DNA from: a virus
Taxonomy: Duplodnaviria > Heunggongvirae > Uroviricota > Caudoviricetes
Strand: one strand, 5' to 3'
IMG/VR virus record: IMGVR_UViG_3300044712_000123
Length of the DNA stretch: 64,000 nucleotides
Made by a program: the position numbers and the translations under genes. This document shows, in pieces, positions 33,967 through 44,098 of this stretch. Numbering within the stretch: position 1 is the stretch's first letter; each line of letters begins with the position of its first letter. Below the pieces are notes generated by a model, which was not told where the DNA came from, made no database searches, and saw only the letters and a program-made list of their open reading frames with translations.

Positions 33967-36507
33967 TCACTTGATACCAGCTAATGCTTTCCAGTCTGTT
34001 AACAAGTTAGCAGATTCTTGCATAGGATTACCTAATCTACTTGCTTGACTTGCAACTACTGGGATAGTAGACTGACCTGTTGACTTCTGTTTGTTTAAAC
34101 CACCAGAAATAACCTTTGTCATGAAGTCCATATCAGCTTGGAATGATTCATCATCAAAATCTTTAGCTGCTTCACCTGCATCATTAGCCCACTCAGTGAC
34201 TTGCTCTGAATCTTCTGCTTCATCATATTCAGCAGCAGATTGATTAGCTTGTGCTACATCAGCGTCTTCTTGTTCAGTTTCAGTTGCACCAGAATTGTCA
34301 GCAGCATCTTCTGCTACTTCATATTCCATTTGGTCTTCTGATTCTACTTCGTCAACCACTTCTTTACCATCTTCACATTCACATTCCATCATGCCACATT
34401 CGTTACATGTTTCTTCATTAGTGTGCTCATGTTCATGTTCTTCTTCACCATGATCTTCTGATTCTTCATCTGACCCTTCTTCATCGGCGTAGTCTTCTGA
34501 TCCTTCTTCGCTACCTTCTTCTCCGTCAACAAAACCACCTTGAGGAGCTTCTGGCTGAGAGCCGGTAACTTTCTTAATTAGATCCATCATACCGTCATGG
34601 TCATCAACTACACCAATCTCAACAGCTTCTGGTTCACCATCTACAGCAACTGACATTGGACTAGATTGACCTGGTTGAGTTGGTTCGTCACCACCAAATA
34701 GTCCCATACCTGCTGACTTCAACAATGATAGCAATTGATCTGCTTCACCATCTTGTGCAGTTACAGAAACTGAATCAGGGGAACCTTCGTTACCCTTAGA
34801 GATAGAAACACTCATGCCTTCAGCAACAGTATCTTTACCTTCTAATAACGCATTTAGTTCTTTGTCCCAATCACTGAATGATTCGCTCATGCTGAATGGG
34901 TTAGCTTCTTCGATAGCTGAACGATCTGTAAAAGTTTTGCCACCTACTGAGAACTTGCCACCTGCCGGTGTCTTTGCTAATGCACCAGTGAATGCGTTAC
35001 CTTCATCAGCGATCTCAGGAGTATGTGCTCCGTAGCTTGCCATATCTTCAACTTCTTGACCAACACCTTCCATCGGCATCTGGCCATAACATTCGTCAAG
35101 ACCTTGCTTGTAACCTTCGTGATACTGACGAGCTTCTTCCATATCATCATAAGCACAGTTATAACCTTGCTTTGATAGAGCATGAGATTTACCTGCGTGG
35201 TGCGCAGCTTTTAGTCTGTGATCCATACCTTCTTTAACTTTCTTTTTGTCTTTAACGGCTTTCTTGAATGATTCTTTCTCGTCACCGTCTTTATCTACGT
35301 CTAAAAAGTCTGGTTTTGCAGTTTCTTCTAGCTTACCTTGTTTAGCTAACTTAGCACGAACAGCACCTGCTACACGTTCTCCCGCAGCTTTAGAACCATA
35401 CTTTTCACCGGCACTCTTTGCAATCTTAGCAAAGTTCTTACCTGGTTTACCTTCATCTTTACCTTCTAGTGTAGTAGCACTACGGCCTGCACCTAAACCA
35501 GCACCTTCGTCACTGTCGTCAACTGGCAATGCAGCTTCATTCTGAACAGCTTGCGGTAACTTACCAGTTTGTGGCATGCCTGCTTTACGTTGCAAGTCAC
35601 GAATCAAGTCTTCATCACTTCCATGACCTAACTTATTCAATGCTGCGCTACCAACTTTCTTAGCTACGCCACCAATCTTCTTAGCCATATCGCCCAAGCC
35701 TTCTTCCATAGACTCTTCAGGCATCAATGTCATTTCACCCTTGCCAATAGATTGTTTAATCTGTTGTGCTAATTGTGGATTGTCAACTGTTCCTAATGTC
35801 TTGTTACCTTGAGCAATAACTTGTGTATTCTTTTGTGGTTGACCAGCTACTTGTTGTTGCTGTCCTGGCATTGAACTTTGACCTGGTTGTTTAGGCATTT
35901 GACTTGCTGGTTTGATTTGAATCTGTTCAGCTTCTTTCATAGTGTGCTTAGTAGTCTTGTTCTTGTCCCATGCAGGTAGTTTAACACCTTTCTTAGCACC
36001 AAACGCACTGAAGTCGTAGCTCTTTACTTCACCTGTTTCGTCAGCGTCTTTCTTAGGACGACCACGACCACGTTGTGTTGCTACTTTCTTAACACCTTCG
36101 TCACCGGCTTCATGTGATGTACCATAAGTACCTTTGTGAACTCGGCCACCTTTCTTCTCGATAGTTTCACCTTCGAGTAGAGCTTGATCTAATTGGTCAA
36201 AGTATTCTTTCAAGCTGTGCTTCTTAGATACTTTACCAACTTCTTTCTCTGGCTTTTTGCCACCACCAAAAACGTCACCGACGCTTTTAGTATCATATTT
36301 CTTTACTTCACCAGATGCATCAGCATCTTTCTTAGGACGACCACGACCACGAGGTGCAGAGTCTTGTTTAACTTTGTTACCTTCTTCGTCTTCATCGTCT
36401 TTACGACCATAACCACCTGGCTCAGCAGTATGCTTTAAACCAGTCTTAGTCTTCTCTGTAGCCTCGCTTAACTGGCTCATTTTTGCTAGCATGTCTTTGA
36501 AATTCAT
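33967..36507 (-). CDS. Large acidic/basic low-complexity head core/internal protein with two AT-hook motifs
   Basis: RGRGRPKK twice; EF-hand-like PDFLDVDKDGDEKE; many hydrophobic-x-E sites; very acidic C-terminal half. Confidence 0.6.
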   Translation of the reverse strand: MNFKDMLAKMSQLSEATEKTKTGLKHTAEPGGYGRKDDEDEEGNKVKQDSAPRGRGRPKKDADASGEVKKYDTKSVGDVFGGGKKPEKEVGKVSKKHSLKEYFDQLDQALLEGETIEKKGGRVHKGTYGTSHEAGDEGVKKVATQRGRGRPKKDADETGEVKSYDFSAFGAKKGVKLPAWDKNKTTKHTMKEAEQIQIKPASQMPKQPGQSSMPGQQQQVAGQPQKNTQVIAQGNKTLGTVDNPQLAQQIKQSIGKGEMTLMPEESMEEGLGDMAKKIGGVAKKVGSAALNKLGHGSDEDLIRDLQRKAGMPQTGKLPQAVQNEAALPVDDSDEGAGLGAGRSATTLEGKDEGKPGKNFAKIAKSAGEKYGSKAAGERVAGAVRAKLAKQGKLEETAKPDFLDVDKDGDEKESFKKAVKDKKKVKEGMDHRLKAAHHAGKSHALSKQGYNCAYDDMEEARQYHEGYKQGLDECYGQMPMEGVGQEVEDMASYGAHTPEIADEGNAFTGALAKTPAGGKFSVGGKTFTDRSAIEEANPFSMSESFSDWDKELNALLEGKDTVAEGMSVSISKGNEGSPDSVSVTAQDGEADQLLSLLKSAGMGLFGGDEPTQPGQSSPMSVAVDGEPEAVEIGVVDDHDGMMDLIKKVTGSQPEAPQGGFVDGEEGSEEGSEDYADEEGSDEESEDHGEEEHEHEHTNEETCNECGMMECECEDGKEVVDEVESEDQMEYEVAEDAADNSGATETEQEDADVAQANQSAAEYDEAEDSEQVTEWANDAGEAAKDFDDESFQADMDFMTKVISGGLNKQKSTGQSTIPVVASQASRLGNPMQESANLLTDWKALAGIK
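36047..36072. repeat. 26-bp direct repeat encoding RGRGRPKKD (second copy 36326-36351)
   Basis: tctttcttaggacgaccacgaccacg is identical at both sites. Confidence 0.9.
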
Positions 36508-36525
36508 TTCAGTTAGTCCTTTGAA

Positions 36526-37149
36526 TTATTTATGTGCGCCAGTTTGTGGCTTTGCAGGGCGTGTGATGTTAGTCATTGGACTCTTATCACCTAATGATTT
36601 ATCATCCAAGTATGGCTTGAACGGGTCAAACGCATCTGGAGTTTTCTTACCTTCATAAGGAATGTTAATCTTTGTATCCTTAGCTTGGTCTTTGATAGAC
36701 TGTAGGTATGAATCACCGTATGCTTTACTTGCTTCTTTAGCCCCTGGTTGTTCTTCTAACTCAGCATGAGTTAGAACTGGGCTATGTTGCATTTCATTAG
36801 CATATGCATCAGATTCAGTATTGATACTGTCATCAAATCCAGACTGAATAACACGAACCATGTTCACGTTATAACCTAACAGTTGAGCGATCTGTTGAAT
36901 CATTGGCTCAGTTGCTGGGTATCTGAATTCAGCTTTAATGATAGTCACTGGTTGATTAGTAATACCAACAAAACCGTAAGGGTCTTTTTGAATAGGTGTA
37001 GAGACTGGGTCGCTAATCTTAACTGGGTCAAATTTCTTCAAGTTAAACTTGAACATATCAATCCAATTCTTATCAACTTCTCCAGCTACTTTGATAGTGT
37101 AGTTGTAAGTTTTTACGCTTTCAACGATGTAGTGTTTTAGGCTTCGCAT
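36526..37149 (-). CDS. Hypothetical protein (probable head morphogenesis)
   Basis: Starts MRSLKHYIVE; GATAAATA at 37169-76. Confidence 0.6.
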   Translation of the reverse strand: MRSLKHYIVESVKTYNYTIKVAGEVDKNWIDMFKFNLKKFDPVKISDPVSTPIQKDPYGFVGITNQPVTIIKAEFRYPATEPMIQQIAQLLGYNVNMVRVIQSGFDDSINTESDAYANEMQHSPVLTHAELEEQPGAKEASKAYGDSYLQSIKDQAKDTKINIPYEGKKTPDAFDPFKPYLDDKSLGDKSPMTNITRPAKPQTGAHK

Positions 37150-37174
37150 GTCTTAATCCTGTATCTATTATTTA

Positions 37175-37657
37175 TCATTGGTCGTCTGATTTGGTAGCCA
37201 ACATCTTGAGTAGCTCATTACGATCTAATTCTTTGCCAGCACCCATCGGTGTATTGTCCAATTCTTCGACTTTTGATGCATTCTTTTGATCCAACTGAGC
37301 TTTCTTCAACTGTAAATCGATCATTTTGAGCTTCTTGTTGATCTTGGCTGTCTTCGCAGTGATAGCATGTCCTAGCATACTGCTGGCTGCGTTGAAGATT
37401 TCACTAGCAAAACGACTATCAACTTGCATTCCTAAGTCAACTAAGTCTTTGTAGCTGTTGGTTGCTAGGGTAGCTAACTCATCCATTTCAGTATCAGATG
37501 CATCTAAACCTCGCACCTGAGGTAACGCATTCTCGATCTTTTCTAGATTAGAGTATGCTTCTTGTGTGATAAGTTCTTGATCCAGAGGCTCTGGTTTAGC
37601 TAAATCTTCTACAACAGATTCAGGCAATTCAAATAATTCAGTGAGTTTTTTGGTCAT
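37175..37657 (-). CDS. Possible terminase small subunit (gp16-like)
   Basis: All-helical 160 aa with SRFASEIF..KLKMIDLQLKK and terminal DRNELLKML, loosely like T4 gp16; adjacent to gp4. Confidence 0.45.
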   Translation of the reverse strand: MTKKLTELFELPESVVEDLAKPEPLDQELITQEAYSNLEKIENALPQVRGLDASDTEMDELATLATNSYKDLVDLGMQVDSRFASEIFNAASSMLGHAITAKTAKINKKLKMIDLQLKKAQLDQKNASKVEELDNTPMGAGKELDRNELLKMLATKSDDQ

Positions 37658-37658
37658 A

Positions 37659-37676
37659 CAAGTATTTATTTACTTG
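37659..37676 (-). promoter_or_regulatory. Late promoter TAAATA in 6-bp hairpin abutting start codon
   Basis: CAAGTA(37659-64)/TACTTG(37671-76); TAAATA at 37663-68. Confidence 0.5.
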
Positions 37677-38104
37677 TTGCGACCGTTGTAGAAAAGGTCA
37701 TCTTCGGTGATGACTCTAAACGCATATCCTTGTGTCTTGCAGTAGGCCATCGCCGCAGCCCACTTAGCGTGGTTAACTGCAACAACTATCTTATCTCTAG
37801 CACTAGCACGACTTTCAACTAGACTTTGTTTCTTTGGTTTGATTTCAACAACTTCAGCAATGTTTCTACCGTGTTTATTTTGATAGACCACAAAGAAGTC
37901 AGGGATGTATTGATGGATCTTTCCATCTAAAGGGCTTCTGTATGGAATTTTAATAGCTTCACTAGCCCAATGTAAGATGTTATCATTAGAGTCGCAGAAG
38001 GTCATGAACGTTAGTTCCCAGCCACTGCGATACTTTGGAGCATGTTTACCTACATACTTTTCGGGATTTTTTGGTGTGTATAGACCTTGTGCCCACTTAG
38101 ACAT
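37670..38104 (-). CDS. Head completion nuclease (T4 gp4-like, TnsA-like PD-(D/E)XK)
   Basis: YTPKNPEKYVG, YRSGWE..FCD, WASE..IPY, YIPDF, EIKP. Confidence 0.88.
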   Translation of the reverse strand: MSKWAQGLYTPKNPEKYVGKHAPKYRSGWELTFMTFCDSNDNILHWASEAIKIPYRSPLDGKIHQYIPDFFVVYQNKHGRNIAEVVEIKPKKQSLVESRASARDKIVVAVNHAKWAAAMAYCKTQGYAFRVITEDDLFYNGRNK

Positions 38105-38106
38105 AG

Positions 38107-38469
38107 TTACTGAACAATGTTACGTTGAACAGGCTGATTAGGTCTTGGTGTTTGACCTACACCATACAATGAAGTTTTTGACTTGAAACTGTTTAGGTAG
38201 TAACAAATGACTTGATTCATTTCTAGTTTGTTAGAAGTACCTTTGAGTTGATCTAATAAATCTAGTGCAGGAATACCTGTTTCTTGACTAATTCTAAACA
38301 ACAGTGCAGTAAAATTGTCAGCGATTGACTTAGTAGAACACACAGATACAAAATATCCATGAATGATATCATATTCGTTTGGATTGACTACTAAGGTAGT
38401 CTGATAGAACGAGTCGAATATTTTTATTGTTTGATCTATACTTGATCTTAAATCTATAATTTTTGCCAT
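38107..38469 (-). CDS. Hypothetical protein
   Basis: 120 aa in the tail operon. Confidence 0.6.
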   Translation of the reverse strand: MAKIIDLRSSIDQTIKIFDSFYQTTLVVNPNEYDIIHGYFVSVCSTKSIADNFTALLFRISQETGIPALDLLDQLKGTSNKLEMNQVICYYLNSFKSKTSLYGVGQTPRPNQPVQRNIVQ

Positions 38470-38470
38470 G

Positions 38471-39649
38471 TTACTTGCCTAATATTTGTGTCCCTGCGTT
38501 GTTAGTGGGACTTACTTTAGTTGGATCGACTTGGCCACTACTAGGTGCACCAGCAGTGCCACTAGTTGACGGAGTAGATCCAAACTTAGGTATGTCCCAC
38601 TGAGTATTACGTGTGGGGTTAGAATTATTTAGCAATGCACCTTGTATGGCATTAGTAACTTCGGCTCGCAATGTATCTTTAAGATTGATATTTTTAAATG
38701 TGTTGTATGTAACACCTGCGATCTTCGCAGCACCTGCAAGATTACCCTCGGCTAATGCTTTAATTGCACCACCGGCACCTGCAACAGCACCGTTCTGGCC
38801 AAGAATGTTACCGTTACTACCAGGCACTGCGATAGGACTAACCGTTCTATCATAGTAACCCTTCTGTCCAAATCCAGATACAATATTATCAGGATTCTGA
38901 CCATCAATAGCACCCTGATTATAAACTACAGTCTCGTAGTCTACGGTCATCGAGTTTTCCATGGTACCATTACCTTCAGAATATGCATAAGTGTCATGTC
39001 CAAAACGAGTAATGATTGGATTAATCAACGTATATGCAATGAAGTTGTGTCTATTCATACCAAAGATGGTAATGTTCTTGAAGAACGGAACTTTAGTTGG
39101 GTTTGGACCAGACAATCGACTAGTCTCGCCTATATATCCCCAGCCTTGATTACCGGCATTTTCTAAAGTGTACTGTGTTCTAGTATCGTAATCATTCGTT
39201 GTACCACCAGTTGATTGAGGTCCGGCGCCTCTACTACCTTGAAATAGTACTTTTGGTTTTGTAGCATCATTGTAATAGTATGTGTAGTATCTATACCACA
39301 TACTATTGATTAAATTTCCATTGTCGTCATGGAATTGAATATCAATAGGATCGTATTTAATTTTACTTTGAACAATACGTTTACGATTGTATTGATTCAT
39401 CGTGTGTGTTTCAAAGTTGAATGACGGTAATTTAACTGTCTTAACTAATAAACTAAAGTTAGCGTCAACTGGTGCATTTACATCAGGGTTAATTTCAAAG
39501 TAAACATGAAAGTTGAACTTTAACTTAGGAGCATTCTCATACGTGTTAGTTCTAAAAACGTTACTTGCGTGTGTATAGTCACGTAGGTAATCGCTGCCGA
39601 AGAATGCTCCGGCAGCGTCACGTAGTTGATTTTGAATAAATCCAGACAT
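38471..39649 (-). CDS. Tail tube-like baseplate initiator/cap (gp54/gp48-like)
   Basis: VKTVKLPSFNF..NQYNRKRIVQSKIKYDPIDIQFHDD and TLINPIITRFGH..MTVDYE tube-fold motifs; follows the tube gene. Confidence 0.7.
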   Translation of the reverse strand: MSGFIQNQLRDAAGAFFGSDYLRDYTHASNVFRTNTYENAPKLKFNFHVYFEINPDVNAPVDANFSLLVKTVKLPSFNFETHTMNQYNRKRIVQSKIKYDPIDIQFHDDNGNLINSMWYRYYTYYYNDATKPKVLFQGSRGAGPQSTGGTTNDYDTRTQYTLENAGNQGWGYIGETSRLSGPNPTKVPFFKNITIFGMNRHNFIAYTLINPIITRFGHDTYAYSEGNGTMENSMTVDYETVVYNQGAIDGQNPDNIVSGFGQKGYYDRTVSPIAVPGSNGNILGQNGAVAGAGGAIKALAEGNLAGAAKIAGVTYNTFKNINLKDTLRAEVTNAIQGALLNNSNPTRNTQWDIPKFGSTPSTSGTAGAPSSGQVDPTKVSPTNNAGTQILGK

Positions 39650-39668
39650 GCTAGATTATTCTAATTTA

Positions 39669-40304
39669 TTATTGACCAGAACCGATACCAGTAGTAGATG
39701 CACCACCAAAAGCACGACCTACGCTTGTACCAACACCAGCAGTCAATGGAGACTGAACTGCGTTATCAAAACGAATAGTCAACGCAATAGTTGCAACTTC
39801 GTTTGTACCATAGTTCAATGTGTTGTAGTTAGCTGTCTGTAAGAAGCAACCATACAATTCCCATGTTTCTAATACTGCAGGAGCATTAGCACCGTTACCA
39901 CCATCAAGAATTTCGATGTTAGTTTGGAACTTATAGTCTTGACCTGTTGCAGCAGATGCTTGTTCAACGAAGTCCATTTGTTTCTGTAGTTGCTGACCAA
40001 TGATCTTAGAAACTGATCCATTTGCATCATCACGAATGTTGCAAGTGAATGGTTGCCATTGATGCTTACCAGCCAAGTACATTGTTGAGTTATAAACTGG
40101 CAATGTAATTTCTTGGAACTGTACGTTAGGACGTGAGCAGTCGATGACTTGTTTTGTTAATTCTACGCTACTAGCAGTTGCACCAATGTTCAAAAAGTTG
40201 ACTCTGAAGCGATACTGTAGCTTGGGCATTAGCAAGCCCTGATTGCCGCCAGCATTATCAGATGCTACGGTCATGTTAAACAATGATTGTGAGGCTGTTG
40301 CCAT
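39669..40304 (-). CDS. Tail tube protein (gp19-like)
   Basis: PKLQYRFRV, CSRPNV, YLAGKHQW, IRDD, WELYGCF, IALTIRFD; follows the sheath gene. Confidence 0.88.
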   Translation of the reverse strand: MATASQSLFNMTVASDNAGGNQGLLMPKLQYRFRVNFLNIGATASSVELTKQVIDCSRPNVQFQEITLPVYNSTMYLAGKHQWQPFTCNIRDDANGSVSKIIGQQLQKQMDFVEQASAATGQDYKFQTNIEILDGGNGANAPAVLETWELYGCFLQTANYNTLNYGTNEVATIALTIRFDNAVQSPLTAGVGTSVGRAFGGASTTGIGSGQ

Positions 40305-40325
40305 TTTTGTTTCTCCTGTTATTAA

Positions 40326-40333
40326 TATTTATC
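40326..40333 (-). promoter_or_regulatory. Putative late promoter GATAAATA (tube gene)
   Basis: Upstream of the AGGAG RBS of the tube gene. Confidence 0.6.
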
Positions 40334-40341
40334 TTTTTAAC

Positions 40342-40367
40342 TGAGTACCCCAGTTACGGGGTACTCA
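40342..40367. other. Perfect 10-bp hairpin after the tail sheath gene (no U-tract on coding strand)
   Basis: TGAGTACCCC-AGTTAC-GGGGTACTCA. Confidence 0.75.
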
Positions 40368-40374
40368 TAGTTAA

Positions 40375-43300
40375 TTAAGCACCTAAGCTAGCGATTCCAC
40401 CTGTGTTCAATACACGAACTGGGATGTAGATGAATTCAGCTGCCTTAACAGGTTCAACTGCAACGTCAATCCATAGTTCGTTTCTATCGATACGAGCAGG
40501 AGTGTTGTTGCTCTCATCACATACAACTAGATAGTCGTATAGACCGCGCTTTGCAACTAGATCAACCATCAATGATTGAACAACACCTTGAATCTGCTTG
40601 CGTGTTAACGAATCGTTAGGTTCGAATACGAAAGGACGTGCTGCCAATGTCAATTGACGACGGATATAAGCGATCAAACGTGCAACGTTAGTACGATCCA
40701 ATGCGCTTGAGCTATTGTAGCTTGTCTTGTTACCGTAGTTCAACAAACCGATACCAGTGAAGAACACTAGTGGGTTGATGAAGTTAGTGTACAATACATC
40801 ACGAATACCAATACGTGTCTTGATGACTTGGAATTCACCAGTCTGTGCATCAACATAACCAATGTTTGTAGCATTGTCAATGTTACCGCGACGAGTACCA
40901 GCAGCAGCTAACCAAGGATAAGACTTAGTATCGCTAGTCAAGAATGTACGCAACATCATGTGTGATGCAGGGACAGCAACTAAGTTACCATTCAAGTCTG
41001 GAGCAATACCACTTGGGTAGAATAGACCCATGTATGTGTTGCGAGTTACTAGACCGTCTTCACCTGTGCTTGTTGCACCTGCTGCGTTAGTAGCCCATGC
41101 TTGAATTTGAGTAGCATCATCCGCTAAACGTAATGGTGTATCACCAATAATATAACCAGTCTCACCGCGATCAGCGTTCAAGACAACCATGTTAGGTTGT
41201 AGTTCTGGATAGTTAGGTGTAGCCATCAAGTTGAAGAAGTTGTCTTCATCACGAATTGCTAGGTTAGTGTCAACTACTGAACGTAGAGCCTGAACAACCA
41301 TAGCACGTTGTGCCTTACGACCCATGTAAGGAGAACCATTTGACTGATTGCCGCTTACTGTTACCCATGCATCTCTCTGAGCAGGTAAACTTGCGCCAGG
41401 GAAAGATGTATTATTGAAGTAGTTGGTCTTAAACTGCTTGACGTTGTATCCTGAACGGCGTGTGTTAAACAACAACATACCTGTAGGATATGCAGATGGA
41501 CTAGGTGCATCTAAATCTAGATAATCACTTGTCAATAATGTTTTGATCGTTGGGATAGGATCATCAACTGGACTAACAGTACCATTTTGAGCCCAACGTG
41601 CATCCAAGAACGTGATGCCAGATGAACTTGTTTGGTCAGTATTATCAATTAGAACCCACTGATCTTCTTGACTGCCAGGCTCACCTACTGCTTGCCATCT
41701 AGAAATTACTGGATAGTTTTCTAGGTCGCTAGTATCAATCCACAAGTCACCGTATACTAGAGCAGTTCCATCAGATTGTAATGTAGGAGCTGTTGCTGAT
41801 ACGATAGGACCGTTAGGGTCAGTTGCATTAGAACCAGATGGTGTTGGGAAACCAGAAGAGTCATAATTGACGTTCTTGTATCCGTTCCACTGACCATCAG
41901 CATTAACCATAATATCAACTTGATCGATAACACTATAGAACCAATTGGTATTGTTAGCTGGTGTTGCTGCTGGAGCACCTTCGTTAGCGATATAGTCGAA
42001 ATTTCTCCAATTACTCAATTGAGTTTTATATGCTTGAGCTGGTTTTCCAGAAACATATGCAACAGATGTAACTGCATCACCAGAAACTGACGCAACAACA
42101 ACATATAGATCATTTGCTGGGCTAGTACCACCTAAAGCACTACCTAAGATTTTAATCGAATCACCAACTGCATATCCAGAACCACCTGAAACTAATGTTG
42201 AAGGAGAGAAAAGAATATACTCACCGTAACGAGTGTTAATTCCGCTTATAATTGCACCCGATCCAGTTGATGGGCTTACTGCAGTGGTTGCAACGTTATT
42301 AAACAAATAGTTTAGAGATGGTCCGTATGAAGCTCCTGGTGTAGTTCCAATAATGAAGCCTGCATCTTCGATCAATCCTGTAGACACTCCAGTGATAAGA
42401 TTAGTATCGACCAATACAATTTCACCACCTAAGGTGTGAGTTAGTTGTAGTGCGCCAGTAGAATCAATAACACAAGTTGTGTAAGGAATTGCAGCAGCAG
42501 ACCATGCAGTAACAAAATCTAGTGCATTAGTATTGTCGGCTAGTAATACTGTATATGTTGAGCTTAATGTACCAGAACCAGGCAAGCTAACTTGAACACG
42601 TAGACCATTATTACCAGTATAAGGACCATTTGTAAATTCTGGATCGATAACGCTACCAGAAATTACTGTTGGGCCTGTTGCAATTCTTTCCCAGAAATAA
42701 ACTGGGTTATCGCCTGGGCCAGTTACAGTATCTTGATCGAAAGCATACTGAGCATAGATAGAACCTGCTGGAATGTTTTTACCTCCTGCTGAATCCAATG
42801 ATGAGTTTGCTGACCATGCAGAATCTGCAAGAGTGACATTCTTATTAATCCAAGAATTAGTAGTAGAATTGAATTGTGAGACTACTGGAGAAAATCCATT
42901 GCCCGCAGAACCTATCTTAATCCAAACAGATCCGGTTGGGTGAGGTGATGCTTGAGAGCTTGACCATAATGGCATCTGTGAAGAAGTACCGTATACTAGA
43001 CCTGGTTGGTTATACACAGCAGGATTAATGCCCAAATCATCAAGAACTGTACCAGTACCTTCTGCAATAGTGACCGTACTAGCAAACTGACTAGTTGGTT
43101 GATTAGCAAAAATACAAAGTCTATTATTTCTAATAGCTGCCGAGATGTATGACCATCCTAAGGCGTTAATTGCTGATGCAACACCTGCAGGAGTATTAGT
43201 AGAAGGCACAGTAATAGTTGCAGTAACGTTACCGTTTAGGGTGATACTGAACGAGTCACCCTGAGTCAACGTAGATGGTGAGCTAGTTGCTTGAATTGTT

Positions 43301-43977
43301 GGCCAATCTACTGCCCATTCACGCTCTCCAACTGGGACCCATACGTTATTTGTTGTCTTATAAAAATAAGTTGCGCCAGGACCGCTTGGTAAGCTAGTTG
43401 CATCGATTGCATTAACTGCATATCCACCAATAGCGCCGATTGATGCTAAAGGAACACCACTACCGTCTAGGTTAGCAGCATCTGAAATCACGATTGGTGA
43501 TTGTAGTGTAAATTTACCAGTAGTTTGATTGAATTCATAGATACCCCATGTACTAGTAGTGGTATCTAACCAGTATGTACCGTTATCAGGAGTACCTACC
43601 GGACGACCTGTCTGACCTACCAAGCTAGCTAAGTCGATATCAGCACGTAAGATATACGCACGATTTGTTACGCCTAATGTAGAATAAGCAGCCAATAGAC
43701 CGTATTCGTTCAATTCATAACCTTGAATTGGTGTACCGTTAGAAGTAGTATAGAAGAACGGTGAACCATACAAGTTAACCAAGTCACGCTGACTTGTAAC
43801 TTGATACAACTTACCAGCATTTGCTGCGGTAGTAGCCTGTGCTACACCCGTACCAGACGCATCTGCTTTGTTTTGTGCTGTCGCAACTACGATTAGTGGG
43901 ACTGAGTTTGTTGGTGCAGGTAAGTATTGACTCTGGTCAATGATCGTTACTTCTACGCCTGGAGATGTTAATGCCAT
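40375..43977 (-). CDS. Tail sheath protein (gp18-like), enlarged
   Basis: MALTSPGVEVTIIDQS; C-terminal WLAAAGTRRG, INPL, YGNKT, ALDRTNVARL, FVFEPND, VCDESNNTPARIDRNELWIDVAVEPVKAAEFI. Confidence 0.93.
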   Translation of the reverse strand: MALTSPGVEVTIIDQSQYLPAPTNSVPLIVVATAQNKADASGTGVAQATTAANAGKLYQVTSQRDLVNLYGSPFFYTTSNGTPIQGYELNEYGLLAAYSTLGVTNRAYILRADIDLASLVGQTGRPVGTPDNGTYWLDTTTSTWGIYEFNQTTGKFTLQSPIVISDAANLDGSGVPLASIGAIGGYAVNAIDATSLPSGPGATYFYKTTNNVWVPVGEREWAVDWPTIQATSSPSTLTQGDSFSITLNGNVTATITVPSTNTPAGVASAINALGWSYISAAIRNNRLCIFANQPTSQFASTVTIAEGTGTVLDDLGINPAVYNQPGLVYGTSSQMPLWSSSQASPHPTGSVWIKIGSAGNGFSPVVSQFNSTTNSWINKNVTLADSAWSANSSLDSAGGKNIPAGSIYAQYAFDQDTVTGPGDNPVYFWERIATGPTVISGSVIDPEFTNGPYTGNNGLRVQVSLPGSGTLSSTYTVLLADNTNALDFVTAWSAAAIPYTTCVIDSTGALQLTHTLGGEIVLVDTNLITGVSTGLIEDAGFIIGTTPGASYGPSLNYLFNNVATTAVSPSTGSGAIISGINTRYGEYILFSPSTLVSGGSGYAVGDSIKILGSALGGTSPANDLYVVVASVSGDAVTSVAYVSGKPAQAYKTQLSNWRNFDYIANEGAPAATPANNTNWFYSVIDQVDIMVNADGQWNGYKNVNYDSSGFPTPSGSNATDPNGPIVSATAPTLQSDGTALVYGDLWIDTSDLENYPVISRWQAVGEPGSQEDQWVLIDNTDQTSSSGITFLDARWAQNGTVSPVDDPIPTIKTLLTSDYLDLDAPSPSAYPTGMLLFNTRRSGYNVKQFKTNYFNNTSFPGASLPAQRDAWVTVSGNQSNGSPYMGRKAQRAMVVQALRSVVDTNLAIRDEDNFFNLMATPNYPELQPNMVVLNADRGETGYIIGDTPLRLADDATQIQAWATNAAGATSTGEDGLVTRNTYMGLFYPSGIAPDLNGNLVAVPASHMMLRTFLTSDTKSYPWLAAAGTRRGNIDNATNIGYVDAQTGEFQVIKTRIGIRDVLYTNFINPLVFFTGIGLLNYGNKTSYNSSSALDRTNVARLIAYIRRQLTLAARPFVFEPNDSLTRKQIQGVVQSLMVDLVAKRGLYDYLVVCDESNNTPARIDRNELWIDVAVEPVKAAEFIYIPVRVLNTGGIASLGA

Positions 43978-43997
43978 TTTGTTTTTCCTTTATGTAA

Positions 43998-44038
43998 AAT
44001 TATGAGGGCTACGACCCTAAAATGCATACTATTATTTA
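43998..44038 (-). promoter_or_regulatory. Late promoter TAAATA and leader hairpin of the sheath gene
   Basis: TAAATA at 44033-38; AGGG-TCGTAG-CCCT hairpin; RBS TAAAGGAAAAACAAAATG. Confidence 0.55.
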
Positions 44039-44098
44039 GTAGAAAATTCAAAAAATGCGGTATAGCCGTGCCTTCGAAGGTTTCTAGCTAAATATAGA

